From contig JAKAUN010000002.1 of the NCBI GenBank assembly GCA_021817605.1, positions 3,676 to 67,675 on the forward strand: a stretch of 64,000 nucleotides of DNA, written 5' to 3'. This document shows positions 11,157 to 21,300 of the stretch, piece by piece. The DNA is from Thermoplasmata archaeon (GTDB taxonomy: Archaea > Thermoplasmatota > Thermoplasmata > Lutacidiplasmatales > UBA184). Position 1 is the first letter of the stretch; each line of letters starts with the position of its first letter. A program made the translations under genes and the position numbers. The notes beneath the pieces are model-generated. The model was given only the letters and a program-made list of their open reading frames with translations, made no database searches and was not told the DNA's origin.

Positions 11157-13607
11157 CTAAGGAGGCGTGGCCACGGGCCCGGAGCCTTCGGGAGCCGCGG
11201 GTGACGGGCTCCCACCGGTCCGTGGTCGGGACCGACCGCCGGTGGCCCGTTTGCCCGACGGGGCCTTGCGGGGGGCCTTCTTCGTCGAACCTGCGGCGCG
11301 GGAGGTCTTGCTCCGCTTCTCCTGGGCGGGCTCCTTCTTGCGGGACGGGCACTCCGGGTTGATGCACAGGGTCCAGGGGGGCCGACCGGCCTCGATGGCG
11401 GTGACGACCGGCGCCTTGCAGACCGGGCAGGGCGGCTGGTCCTTGAGGAGCTTGCCGCGCTGGGGAAGCGGATAGGTGACGCGGCACTCCGGATAGCCCG
11501 AGCAGCCGACGAACCGCTTGCCGGCGAACGAGTAGCGGATCTGCAACGGATGCCCCGAGCTCGGGCAGGTGCCGATGCGGAACGCCTTCTGGTTCTCGGC
11601 GCACTCCGGATTGATGCAGTAGAGCTCGGGCCGCTGGCCGCGGAAGGTGATCTTCACCCGCGGGACCTGGCAGGCCGCGCAGAGGAACTCCGGCGCGGGC
11701 TCGACGAATCCGGCCGGCGGCAGCGAATAGCTCACGGTGCAGGAGGCCGGGTTGTTCGAGCACTGCACCCAGCGCGACCCGCGCGGGCTCCTTCCCAGGC
11801 GGAGAGCGCCGCCGCAGCGAGCGCACGGTCCGACGAAGTGCTGCGCGTCCAGCGCGCCGGTGAGGGTCGCCCGTACCCCCTCGGAGTTCTTCGCGAGGAG
11901 CTCGTAGGCATCCCGAAGCATCTCGCGGGAGTCGGCAAGCACGTCCGACTTCGCCTTCTTCGTCTCGGCGACCAGCTCCATCTCCTCCTCGAGGCGGTGG
12001 GTCATCTCCGGCCGGGTGATGAGAGGCGCATGGGCACGGAGCGCCTCGGTGACCGCGATCCCCGTCGACGTCGGCTCGAGCTGGCGCGCGCTCACGTAGT
12101 GGCGGTCGAAGAGCTTCTGCAGGACGTCGTGACGGGTGCTCTTCGTCCCGAGCCCGAGGCGCTCCATCTCCTGGATGAGGGAGCCCTGCGTGTAGCGACG
12201 CGGAGGCTTGGTCTGCTCCTCCCGTAGTTCGACCGCGTCCAGCACCACCGTCTCGCCGACGGCGAGGGCAGGCATCGGGCTCTCGTCCGGCTGGGAATAC
12301 GGGTAGATCCGGTACCAGCCGGGGTCGGTAAGGCGATGGCCCTTCCCCTCGAACCGCTCCCCGCGTACGTCGACCGCCACGGTGCGGCTCCAGCCCAGAG
12401 CGTCCGGGCCCAGCGTCGCGAGGAACCGCCGCACGACGAGCTCGTAGAGCTGGGCGGCCTCCGGCTTGAGCTTCTTCGGGTCGATGGCCGCGGTCGGGTA
12501 GATCGGAGGGTGGTCGGTCGTCTCCGTCCTACCCCGCGTGGCCCTAAACGTCGGCTGGGAGAGGACGAGTTCGGCGGCGGAGGCGAACGGGGTCTCCTTG
12601 AACTTCTCGGCGAGCGTCCTGAGCCCGAGGCCGCGCGGGTAGACGGTGTTGTCCGTCCTCGGGTAGCTGATGATCCCCTGGGTGTAGAGGTCCTCGGCGA
12701 TCCGCATCACCCGCGCCGCCCCGAGACCGAGACGGGTCGCCTCCGCGACGAAGAGGGTCGTGGAGAACGGCACCGGCGGCCGACGTCGGGTCTCCTCCTC
12801 GGAGAACTCTCGGACGCTCCCGTCCCTTGCGTCCCGGACGCGGGCGAAGACCGCTTCGGCCTCCTCCTTCTTCTCCCAGATGCCGTGGGCGTGGTGGAGG
12901 GTGAACGCCTCCTCGCCTTTCGAGGCGCGGGCGACCAGCTCCCAGTAGGGGGTCGGCTCGAACTCCTTGATCGACTGGTCGCGTTCCACGAGCAGCGCGA
13001 GGGTCGGGGTCTGCACCCGTCCCACGGAAAGGAACCCTCGGCCCTGCGTGCCGGCGGTGAGGGAGAGGTAGCGGGTGAGCAGCGCTCCCCAGACGAGATC
13101 GATCTCCTGCCGGGACTCCGCCGCCTCGGCGAGAGCTCGGTCGACCTCGACCAGCTGGGTGAAGCTCCGCTCGATCTCGTCGCGCGTGAGCGCGCTGTAG
13201 CGCGCGCGCTTCACGTCGATCCCGGGGTGGATCTCCTGGAGGAGGGTGAGCGCCTCGAGGCCGATGAGCTCGCCCTCGCGGTCGAAGTCGGTCGCGATGA
13301 TGACCCGATCGAACTCTCGCACGATCTCCTGGAGCGCCCCGACGATCGCCGGCTCGGTCACCCGCTTCTCGGGGGCGGCGTCCAAAAGCCGGGGGAGGCC
13401 CGCGAGGCTCCACTGGGAGTGCTCTTCGGGGTAGTCGAGCTCGACGATATGCCCGCGAAGCCCGACCACGGCGTAGGGCCCCTCGCTCCGCTGGAACCGG
13501 AACACCGGGGTCCCGCGCACGCGCGCGCGCTCCATCCGGCCGTCGGAGAGGACGATGGCGATCCGCAGGGCCGTGCTGAACTTCTCGGTGACGACGAGGG
13601 TGCGCAT
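11157..13607 (-). CDS. topA: DNA topoisomerase I (type IA) with C-terminal zinc-ribbon repeats
   Basis: Toprim N-terminus MRTLVVTEKFSTALRIA. 816 aa. Active-site region ...ISYPRTDN.... Multiple C-terminal CxxC...CxxC fingers. Confidence 0.85.
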   Translation of the reverse strand: MRTLVVTEKFSTALRIAIVLSDGRMERARVRGTPVFRFQRSEGPYAVVGLRGHIVELDYPEEHSQWSLAGLPRLLDAAPEKRVTEPAIVGALQEIVREFDRVIIATDFDREGELIGLEALTLLQEIHPGIDVKRARYSALTRDEIERSFTQLVEVDRALAEAAESRQEIDLVWGALLTRYLSLTAGTQGRGFLSVGRVQTPTLALLVERDQSIKEFEPTPYWELVARASKGEEAFTLHHAHGIWEKKEEAEAVFARVRDARDGSVREFSEEETRRRPPVPFSTTLFVAEATRLGLGAARVMRIAEDLYTQGIISYPRTDNTVYPRGLGLRTLAEKFKETPFASAAELVLSQPTFRATRGRTETTDHPPIYPTAAIDPKKLKPEAAQLYELVVRRFLATLGPDALGWSRTVAVDVRGERFEGKGHRLTDPGWYRIYPYSQPDESPMPALAVGETVVLDAVELREEQTKPPRRYTQGSLIQEMERLGLGTKSTRHDVLQKLFDRHYVSARQLEPTSTGIAVTEALRAHAPLITRPEMTHRLEEEMELVAETKKAKSDVLADSREMLRDAYELLAKNSEGVRATLTGALDAQHFVGPCARCGGALRLGRSPRGSRWVQCSNNPASCTVSYSLPPAGFVEPAPEFLCAACQVPRVKITFRGQRPELYCINPECAENQKAFRIGTCPSSGHPLQIRYSFAGKRFVGCSGYPECRVTYPLPQRGKLLKDQPPCPVCKAPVVTAIEAGRPPWTLCINPECPSRKKEPAQEKRSKTSRAAGSTKKAPRKAPSGKRATGGRSRPRTGGSPSPAAPEGSGPVATPP

Positions 13608-13767
13608 CGGGGGACGTAGAGAGGAGGAAGGGGTTAGATAAGGTATCAGGCGACCCGATGCCCTGCCGGCGGCCCGAACGCGGGCGCGCGCGTTCGTCCT
13701 TGGGCGACGGGGCTCGGAGCCCCCTCGCCGTTGTGGCCACGACGCCGGGCCGGTCGGGTTGGCACGC

Positions 13768-13774
13768 TTTATAC
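13768..13774 (+). promoter_or_regulatory. TATA box (TTTATAC) for tRNA-Phe
   Basis: Centred about 27 nt upstream of the mature tRNA 5' end at 13799, the canonical archaeal spacing. Confidence 0.55.
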
Positions 13775-13798
13775 TGGGCTCGTGGTCGGGGCCACCGC

Positions 13799-13872
13799 GC
13801 CGCGGTAACTCAGTTTGGGAGAGTGCAAGACTGAAGATCTTGAAGCCGCCGGTTCAAGCCCGGCCCGCGGCA
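13799..13872 (+). tRNA. tRNA-Phe (anticodon GAA), no intron, CCA not encoded
   Basis: Folded manually. Acceptor stem GCCGCGG/CCGCGGC. D arm ACTC-AGTTTGGGA-GAGT. Anticodon stem CAAGA/TCTTG with loop CTGAAGA. T arm GCCGG-TTCAAGC-CCGGC. Discriminator A. 74 nt. Confidence 0.9.
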
Positions 13873-13953
13873 TCCCCTTCGGCCCGGTAGCTCGCGAGAT
13901 CCCCTGAGAGAGGCCGACCGGAGACGGCCGGTCGGCCGGGGCGATCGGCCTGG

Positions 13954-14487
13954 CTACCGGTGCGTTTGGTCGGGAACGAACCAGACGTCCGTGATGCGGT
14001 ACTTCGGGCGGTCGGTGAACCGCGCGACGACGGGCATCCCGACGTAGATCTCCGGCTCGGTGCAGTCCTTGAGGCGGCCGAGAAGGAGGCTGCCGACCTT
14101 GTCGAACTCCACCAGGGCGAGGTTGTACGGCGTCTCGGAAAGGAACGCCTCGCTCCCGAAGTGGCAGGTGGTCCAGGAGTGGACCCGGCCGCTCTTGGGC
14201 AGCTCGAACCAGTCGGTCGGCTCCCCGCATACCATGCAGTTCGACCGCGGCGTGGCGTAGCGGAAGCCGCAGCTCCCCGACGTACAGCGCGAGCCGAGCA
14301 GCTTGCCCTCGGCCAGGCCGAGGAAGAACGGCGAGTCCTCGGCGTAGCTGTGGATGTACTCGATGGCGTAGGGATCGCGGATGACCAGGTTCTCGGAGCC
14401 CTGGGCGTCGCGGAAGATCGCCGAGCCGCTTCGTCCGAGCTCGGACTGGACGTCGCGGAACTTGTCGAAGGCGAGAGGTCGGGGCAT
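13954..14487 (-). CDS. DUF35 Zn-ribbon/OB-fold protein (thiolase-associated scaffold)
   Basis: MPRPLAFDKF... contains CTSGSCGFRYATPRSNCMVCG (CxxC...CxxC) then an OB-fold. ATG at 14487 is 3 nt below the stop of the upstream thiolase-like gene. Track ORF 13954..15948 fuses the two out of frame. Confidence 0.75.
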   Translation of the reverse strand: MPRPLAFDKFRDVQSELGRSGSAIFRDAQGSENLVIRDPYAIEYIHSYAEDSPFFLGLAEGKLLGSRCTSGSCGFRYATPRSNCMVCGEPTDWFELPKSGRVHSWTTCHFGSEAFLSETPYNLALVEFDKVGSLLLGRLKDCTEPEIYVGMPVVARFTDRPKYRITDVWFVPDQTHR

Positions 14488-14489
14488 GG

Positions 14490-15911
14490 TCAGAACCCCC
14501 GCTCGAGGATCGAGACGGTCACCGACGAGCCGGTACCGGCGTGGCTGTGGATGGCTCCGCGCTTGGCCCCGGCGATCTGGAGCGTGCCGTCGCCGAAGTG
14601 CTTGTCCACCGTCCCTTGCAGCTGCCAGAGCGCGAAGACGGCCTGCATGAGCCCCGTGGCGCCGACCGGGTGCCCGCAGGCGATGAGCCCGCCGGAAGGG
14701 TTCACGGGGATCGTCCCGGCCTTGGGCACCTCGAGCCCGTAGTCGAGCCCCTTGAGGAACGGCGCTCCGGAGAGGGTGAAGTCGTAGCCTTCGCCGTAAC
14801 GGCAGAGCCCGAGGTCCTCGTAGGTCTGGATCTCGCTCGAGGCGTAGGCGTCGTGCAGCTCGACAAAGTCGAGCTCCTTGATCGGGTTGACGATCCCCGC
14901 CATCCGGTAGGCCTCGAGGCCCGCCGCGCGCCCCGCGCGGAAGGAATGCACACCGGGATAGGAGAGCCCGGCATAGTCGTTCTCGGTCTCGTGGGGGAAC
15001 CGCGGCACCTTGCCGAACGGTCGGTCGGCGAGACGCATCGTGTCGGTGCCGCAGCCGACCCCCGTGACCCGGACCGGGTGATCGGTGAACTCGCGGGCCC
15101 GCGACTCGTCGCAGAGGACCGCGACCGCGGCCCCGTCCGACATCGTGCAGATCTGCTCGCGGGTGAGCGGATAGCTGATCATCTCCGAGGCGAGGACGTC
15201 CTCGACGGTGAGCCGCTTCGGATACTGGGCGTAGGGGTTGTACAGGGCGTTGAGGTGGTTCTTCACCGAGACCCAGCTCATGATCCGCTGGCCCTCGGCG
15301 ATCGCGCGGCGCTGCGCCTCGCGCTCGTCGGTGATCCCGGCGAACTTGCCCCGGCGCAGGTACTCGTAGATGTGCCGGACGACCATGAGCGCGTAGTAGC
15401 CGGTGTAGAAGCCGCCGAGGGGGAAGTCGAAGTTCGTGTCGGAGGCGAGGGCGATGAACTCGTTGCCCTTCCAGGTCGCCACCCGGCTCATCGTCTCGTA
15501 GCCGGCAGCGAGGCAGACGTCCATCCGTCCGCTCGCCACGGCCTCGTAGGCGGCCTGGAAGCACTCGCCGCCGGTCGCTCCGCCCCACTCGATACGGACC
15601 GAACCCTTCGGGTTGAGCCCGAGGTAGTCCTGGACCATGCTCGCCGCCTTGAGCTGCCGGGAGAAATGGTCGGAGAAGTAGGAGATCCGCGAGCCGTCGA
15701 TCCGGTCCCTCGTCAGGTTCGGGGTGTCCTTGAGGGCGTAGTCGTAGGCTTTCTTCACCATCAGGCGGAAGTCCATCCCCGGATGGGCCTTGGCGAACTT
15801 CGTCACCCCGCCCGTAACGAGGTAGACCTTCCTCCCGGTCGACGCATGGGGACTTTCCGGATCGCGCCGCGACTCGGGGCGACGCTCCGGCGATGACGCT
15901 GTGGCGGACAT
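14490..15911 (-). CDS. Thiolase-like protein (SCP-x/Ltp-type, DUF35-partnered)
   Basis: Thiolase C-terminal motif NPSGGLIACGHPVGATGL. The N-terminal region carries GGATGGEC instead of the classic CASG nucleophile motif. 473 aa. Confidence 0.7.
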   Translation of the reverse strand: MSATASSPERRPESRRDPESPHASTGRKVYLVTGGVTKFAKAHPGMDFRLMVKKAYDYALKDTPNLTRDRIDGSRISYFSDHFSRQLKAASMVQDYLGLNPKGSVRIEWGGATGGECFQAAYEAVASGRMDVCLAAGYETMSRVATWKGNEFIALASDTNFDFPLGGFYTGYYALMVVRHIYEYLRRGKFAGITDEREAQRRAIAEGQRIMSWVSVKNHLNALYNPYAQYPKRLTVEDVLASEMISYPLTREQICTMSDGAAVAVLCDESRAREFTDHPVRVTGVGCGTDTMRLADRPFGKVPRFPHETENDYAGLSYPGVHSFRAGRAAGLEAYRMAGIVNPIKELDFVELHDAYASSEIQTYEDLGLCRYGEGYDFTLSGAPFLKGLDYGLEVPKAGTIPVNPSGGLIACGHPVGATGLMQAVFALWQLQGTVDKHFGDGTLQIAGAKRGAIHSHAGTGSSVTVSILERGF

Positions 15912-16013
15912 CTTGACGCTCCGGCGCGCGCAGACGGGTCCCCTTCATAACATGCGCACGGCGCGCTCCCGGCCGGGGCGAGACGTTTTGCCGCGGGGGC
16001 GCTGCCCTCGGCG

Positions 16014-17039
16014 ATGCCCGAGCGTTCCCCGAAACGCGACCTCCTTTCGCTCGCAGATGTCGCGGACGAGCTGCCGGCGCTCCTCGAGCATGCGACGCGG
16101 CTCAAGGCCGAGCGCGCGGGGGGCCGAGCGCGCGCGACCCTGCCGGGGAGGAACCTCGCCATGATCTTCGAAAAGCCGTCGACGCGCACCCGCGCCTCCT
16201 TCGAGGTCGCGATCGGGGACCTGGGAGGCCACGCGCTCTACCTCTCGGCGAACGACCTCCAGCTGGGGCGCGGCGAGACGATTTCCGACACGGCGCGCGT
16301 GCTCTCCCGCTACGTCGACGCGATCACCTACCGCGCCTTCCGCCACGAGAACATGGTGGAGCTCGCCCGTTCGGCGAGCGTCCCGGTCATCAACGCCCTC
16401 GACGACCTCGAGCATCCCTGCCAGATCGTCGCCGATCTCATGACGCTCCGCGAGAGGTGGGACGGAGGTTTCCGTGGCCGTCGCCTCGCCTGGATCGGCG
16501 ACGGCAACAACGTCTGCCACTCGCTGTTGCTCGGGGCGGCGGCGGTCGGGCTCGACCTGGCCGCGGCCATCCCCGAGGACTACCGCCCGCGACCCGAGCT
16601 CTTGAGCGCCGCCCGCACGCTCTCCGACAGGACCGGCGCGACGATCAGCCTCGTCGCCGATCCCCGCGAGGCAGCCCGCGGCGCGGATGCGCTCTACACC
16701 GACGTCTGGGTCTCGATGGGAGACGAGAGCGAGAAGGAAGCGCGCGAGCGCGCCTTTCGCGGCTACCAGATCAACGCCGAGCTGCTCGGTCTTGCCCGAC
16801 CCGAGGCGTTCGTGCTCCACGACCTCCCCGCCCATCGGGGGCAGGAGATCACCGACGAGGTGCTGGACGGGCCCCGTTCCGCCGCGTGGGACCAGGCCGA
16901 GAACCGTCTCCACGCCCAGAAAGCGATCCTCGAGACGCTCCTTCTCCCCAGGTCGGCCCAGGTCTCCCCCCGAGGGTCCGACCCCGGCCCGGCCACCCCG
17001 TCCCGCCGACGGGGCGGGACCGAGCGGGCAGCGCGCTAG
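16014..17039 (+). CDS. argF: Ornithine carbamoyltransferase
   Basis: STRTR carbamoyl-phosphate motif and HPCQ (OTC-type, not the HPTQ of ATCase). 341 aa with a short low-complexity C-terminal tail. Confidence 0.8.
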   Translation: MPERSPKRDLLSLADVADELPALLEHATRLKAERAGGRARATLPGRNLAMIFEKPSTRTRASFEVAIGDLGGHALYLSANDLQLGRGETISDTARVLSRYVDAITYRAFRHENMVELARSASVPVINALDDLEHPCQIVADLMTLRERWDGGFRGRRLAWIGDGNNVCHSLLLGAAAVGLDLAAAIPEDYRPRPELLSAARTLSDRTGATISLVADPREAARGADALYTDVWVSMGDESEKEARERAFRGYQINAELLGLARPEAFVLHDLPAHRGQEITDEVLDGPRSAAWDQAENRLHAQKAILETLLLPRSAQVSPRGSDPGPATPSRRRGGTERAAR

Positions 17040-17048
17040 CCCGGCGGT

Positions 17049-17498
17049 CTATTCCGACGCGGCTCCCGCTTCCGCGCGCAGGCGGACCTTGAGAAGACGC
17101 TCGAGCTTGCGCACGAGCTCGTCCGGCGGGTGGATGCCCCCGGTCTCGACCTTGAGGACGACCGACTTCTTCTCGTTGAGACGCTTGCCGAGCTCCTCGG
17201 GGGTCCAGCCGAGGCCCTCGCGTGCCAGGCGGACCCGGCGGCCCCAGTCGGGGGCGAGCTCGAGCTCGCCGATCTCCGTGTAGAGGTCCCGCTCCTCGAG
17301 CCGACGCGGTCCGGCCGAGGCGCGCGTCGCCCCGACGGCCGGGCGGGGGCCGGAGCTCGTCGCCGCCGCGGCCGTCGCGGGGGGCGGATCGAGCGGGGTC
17401 CCGAACTTGGCGCACTCGGCGCAGAGCGAGAGCACCGAGCGCTCGATGCGCACCCGGCTCGTCGCCTCGACCTCTTTGCCGCACATCTCGCAGAGCAT
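17049..17498 (-). CDS. mbf1: Archaeal multiprotein-bridging factor 1 (Zn-ribbon + XRE HTH)
   Basis: MLCEMCGKEVEATSRVRIERSVLSLCAECAKFG is the aMBF1 Zn ribbon. C-terminal HTH WTPEELGKRLNEKKSVVLKVETG. Confidence 0.8.
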   Translation of the reverse strand: MLCEMCGKEVEATSRVRIERSVLSLCAECAKFGTPLDPPPATAAAATSSGPRPAVGATRASAGPRRLEERDLYTEIGELELAPDWGRRVRLAREGLGWTPEELGKRLNEKKSVVLKVETGGIHPPDELVRKLERLLKVRLRAEAGAASE

Positions 17499-17987
17499 CT
17501 ACGGAACCTCCCCGCGCCGACGGGAGCGGCGCCGCTCCTCGGTCCTCCGTCGCCCCTCCTCGAACATGGCGCGCTCCTCCTCCGTGAGGGGGTGAAGCGG
17601 CGGAACCGCGGTCGGGCGGCCGTCCCGGTCGACCGCCACCATCGTGACGAACGCGTCGCCGACCTTGCGGACCGGCCCACCCTCGACCGCGCGCGAGGAG
17701 ATGCGCACCACCACTTCCATCGAGGTCCGGCCGGCGAACGTGAGCTCGCCGGAGAAGTCGACGACCTCGCCGACGTGCACCGGAGCGAGGAAATCGACAC
17801 GGTCGAAGGACGCCGTCACGCACGTCCGCTGGGCATGGCGGCTCGCCGCGACGTAGGCGACCCGGTCGACCTCGGCGAGGATCACCCCGCCGAAGACGTT
17901 CCCCATGAAGTTCGCGTCGCTCGGGACCATGAGACGAACGACCGACGCGCGGCTGGCGGCTACGGTTCCCGCGGACGGTTCGCTCAA
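17499..17987 (-). CDS. Acyl-CoA thioesterase (hotdog fold, YciA-like)
   Basis: ...VVRLMVPSDANFMGNVFGGVILAEVDRVAYVAA... is the typical hotdog thioesterase core. Abuts mbf1 with no gap. Confidence 0.7.
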   Translation of the reverse strand: MSEPSAGTVAASRASVVRLMVPSDANFMGNVFGGVILAEVDRVAYVAASRHAQRTCVTASFDRVDFLAPVHVGEVVDFSGELTFAGRTSMEVVVRISSRAVEGGPVRKVGDAFVTMVAVDRDGRPTAVPPLHPLTEEERAMFEEGRRRTEERRRSRRRGEVP

Positions 17988-18346
17988 CGACCCAGATCAC
18001 CCCGGCTTCGGGCAGGGCTCCTCAACGGTCCCCCGCTAAAATTGTTTCCGCGGGACCGGGGGCTTCCCGAACGGACCGCCACGACGACGGCCTCGGAGCG
18101 GCGCGGCCTGGGCGTGGGACGGACACCGCCGGCCCACTCCGAGCCCGAGGGCGAACGCGAGAAGCCCCCGAGCCCGCGCCGGGGCCCCCCGGCGGGAACC
18201 GCCGGAGGACGGGTCGGCCGTCCGGCCGGAATCCGACCCCGTGCCGCGACGGGGCGGGAGAGGGCTCGGGACGTGGGCGCTCTTCTCCGCGCCCGAGCCG
18301 CCGGTCCGAGAGACCGCCGCGCTCCCGGTGAGCCTCCTGGTGACTG

Positions 18347-21300
18347 CTAGGGCACTTCCTTGCGGTCTGCGCACGCCGCGTCCGTGGGACGGTCCTCGTC
18401 TCCCGCGGTCTGCCCCCCAAGAGCAGCTCCCGACCGGGAGGCGCCCGCCGCGGCCAGGAGCAACGTCGTCGCGAGAGCGGCTGCCGCGGGGAGCGCGAGC
18501 CCGGCACCGCCCACCGGCCCGCCGACCGACAACGCGGACGGAAGGCGGGGGAGCGCGGGGGGGTTCATGGTGACGTTGACGAGCTGCCTCGGAGACGGCG
18601 CGTGGAGCACCGCAATCGTTCCGCTGGCAGGGGTCGGGGCCTGCGTGTTCGCGACCCCCACGGTGTAGGTGTAGTTGCCTATCGGCAAGAGGAAACGGAT
18701 GACGCCCTTGCCGGCGAGCTTCGAAAGGGTCGTGGGGAAGGTGAGCGCCGGGGTCGAGCCGGTCGCGATCGTGACCGTCCAGGTCGCCCCAGCCTGTAGG
18801 CCCTTCTCGCGGAAGACGATCGCCTCGGTCAGTAGGCGGAACTTCACCACCTTGGTGAGGGCATGCTTGGGAACGTGGAACCCACCCTTGGCCGGCAGGA
18901 CCTTGTACTCCGCTCCCGGGCCGGCGATCGCGAAGTGGAAGGCGGCGCCGGTCGGTAGGGAGAACGATATCGAGGTGCCGGTCGATGTCTTCGACTGGCC
19001 GGCGGGTCCGCCGTGGGGGAACGCGGGGGTGAGATCAACTCCCCAGGTCGACCCCGCGTACTTCTGGAACTTCGCTAGCGAGCTCTGGTTGAAGGTGACC
19101 GTCTGGAGGTGCCCGAAGATGACCGTCCACGTGGCGACCCCCGACAGCGAGTAGGTCGGGGTCCCGTAGGTCTGGTTGGGCGACCCCGGACCCGCGATCC
19201 TGGCGACCCCCCATCCTGCGGGCCCACTGATGTTGTAGACGAGGGCGCCTGCCGCCTCCGAGAACGAGACCGAACCTGTCGACCCGGTCCCGGTCGTCAC
19301 CGTGGTGTCGCTCCTCACGATCCCGAGAACATCCACCGACCAGAGCGCCCCGGCCGGGAGGTGGAGCTCCCGGAAGCGCAAGGTGTGCCCGAGCGACGCC
19401 GTGAAGACGATGGGGATGTTCACGGGGCTCCCGCTGATCGAGAACTGCCCGCCGTAGAGGCTCGCGGCGAACCCCGGCACGAAGGGGATGGTGAAGTTGT
19501 AGCTGATGTTTTGGGCGTCCATGACCATCGCGTCGGGAGCCGGGGCGGTCGCCGTCACCGTGCCCGGAGGCGTGCCGAAAGCATGGCCGATCGAGAGCGA
19601 CCAATTCGTCCCGTTCGGGAGACCGGTCTCCGTGAACGTGGCGAGTTCGCCGGCTAGCAGGCTCGAGTTCGTCACCGCGTAGGCCTTCGACCAGTAGACG
19701 CTGGTCCCCGCGAACACGTTCTCTTGGAGGGTGATCGTGGTGAGCCCGTTGAAGCAGTCCGTCGCCTCGATGGACGCCGTCGGCACGACACTGGCGGCGC
19801 AGCTAGCCGCCGACTGGCTCGCGCCGTTGGACCCGGACGTGCTGGTCCCGATCAGCACGTTGTGGGCTGCCATCTGCGCCGTCCCGATGAGGAAGATCCC
19901 CGGCGCCCCGCTCGCCGCGTTGTTGACCACGTTCGCATCCACGGTGGTGATTCCCGTGCCTTGCGGCTCGGTCACGATGCCGTAGGCGAGGCTGTCGGTC
20001 ACGGTGTTGCCGTCGATCGTCGCCGGGGCGCCCGCGATGCCCGCGTAGCTCGAGGTGTACATCGCATACAAGATTCCGACCGAGCTCGAGCCCACGTGGT
20101 TCGCCTCGATGTTGCACGTCAAAGCCCCCGGAGCACATCCGGCCCAGATCGCCGACGATTGGGTCTGGGTGAAGTAGGAGCCGCCGGTCTCGAAGGAGAA
20201 GCCGCGGACGGTGTTGCCTGAGACGGTCACCGAGCTACCCCAGACGATGATCCCGCCCTCGGAGGCCGCCGTATCGGCTGCCCCTGGGCCGAGAACCGTG
20301 TTGCCGATCACCGAGAAGGTCCCGGTGGGCTCGACCGACGTTGCGGGGAAGATGTCGCCCGCCTCGATCCCCACCGGGCCGCCGGGGCCGGCCCCGCCGG
20401 CTCCGAGCGTGACCGTCGAGGATTCGATCGTGGCGCTCGTCAGGGCGGGGGCCACGATGATCCCGTTGACAGCGCCCGTTCCGAGCGTCGTCGCGTCCTT
20501 CACCGTGACCCCGTTCGCTTGGACCCCGATCGAGTTGCCGTCGCTCGGGTAGCCCGTCGTGTTGATCGTGAAACTCGCCCCGTTGAGCGTGCTGTCGGCC
20601 CAGTAGTCCGTAACGTTGCCCGCAAAGCTCGAGCGCAACGTGGCGACCGTGCCGGCTACCGACACCAGGCTGGCGTTCGTCGGGATCCCGCTCGAGCTCA
20701 GCACGAGCTGGCCGGGAGCCGCGTGGACGAACACGAGCACCGGCTCGACCACCGCCGAGCCGCTGACGGAGCCAACACCCGGGGTGATCAGCGTGTTCTC
20801 GTACCACCCGCCAATCGCTCCGATGCCGTAGGAGAACGATCCGTTCTGGAGATCGCCGACGATCGACGCCGGCGCGGGAACGTTGGCCGTGGTGCCGTTC
20901 ATCGTCACGGACCAGTCGAGGCCCGGGGTAAGGCCGCTCTCGGACCACGTAACATGCTCCCCACCCCGCTGGAACGAAGTCGCCGGGTAGGTCGGGAAGG
21001 TCGCCGTCCAGTCCGGCGCGTTCGTCTGAGCGAAGATGTTGGCGTTCAGCGTGACCTCGGTCGCGGGGTTGAAGCAATCGGTGGCCTCGACCGACGCGGT
21101 CGGGATCGTCGAAGCGACGCAGCTCGCCTGACCTTGGAGCGCCCCGTTGGTGCCGGTGGTGTTCGTCCCCAGGAAGACGTTCCCGGTCAGCGAGAAGGTC
21201 CCTCCAATGAGATAGGCGCCTGGGGCGCCGCTGGGAGCACTGGCGAACGTGTTGGACTCGACCAGGGAGACTCCCGCGGCCCCGGTGGGCTCAAGGACCA

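Noticed and set aside
10219-11826. 535-aa minus-strand ORF; also 5721..7316, 8486..9274, 12544..13740, 24484..26061 and 34157..36679 (840 aa)
   Set aside because: All lie inside or across genes with clear homology on the same or opposite strand. Their translations are Arg/Pro/Gly/Ala low-complexity strings typical of stop-poor 70%-GC DNA read in the wrong frame.
16014-17039. Calling this aspartate carbamoyltransferase (pyrB)
   Set aside because: HPCQ (not HPTQ) and the overall SxRTR/HPCQ/DxW pattern fit ornithine carbamoyltransferase. No pyrI-like regulatory gene follows.
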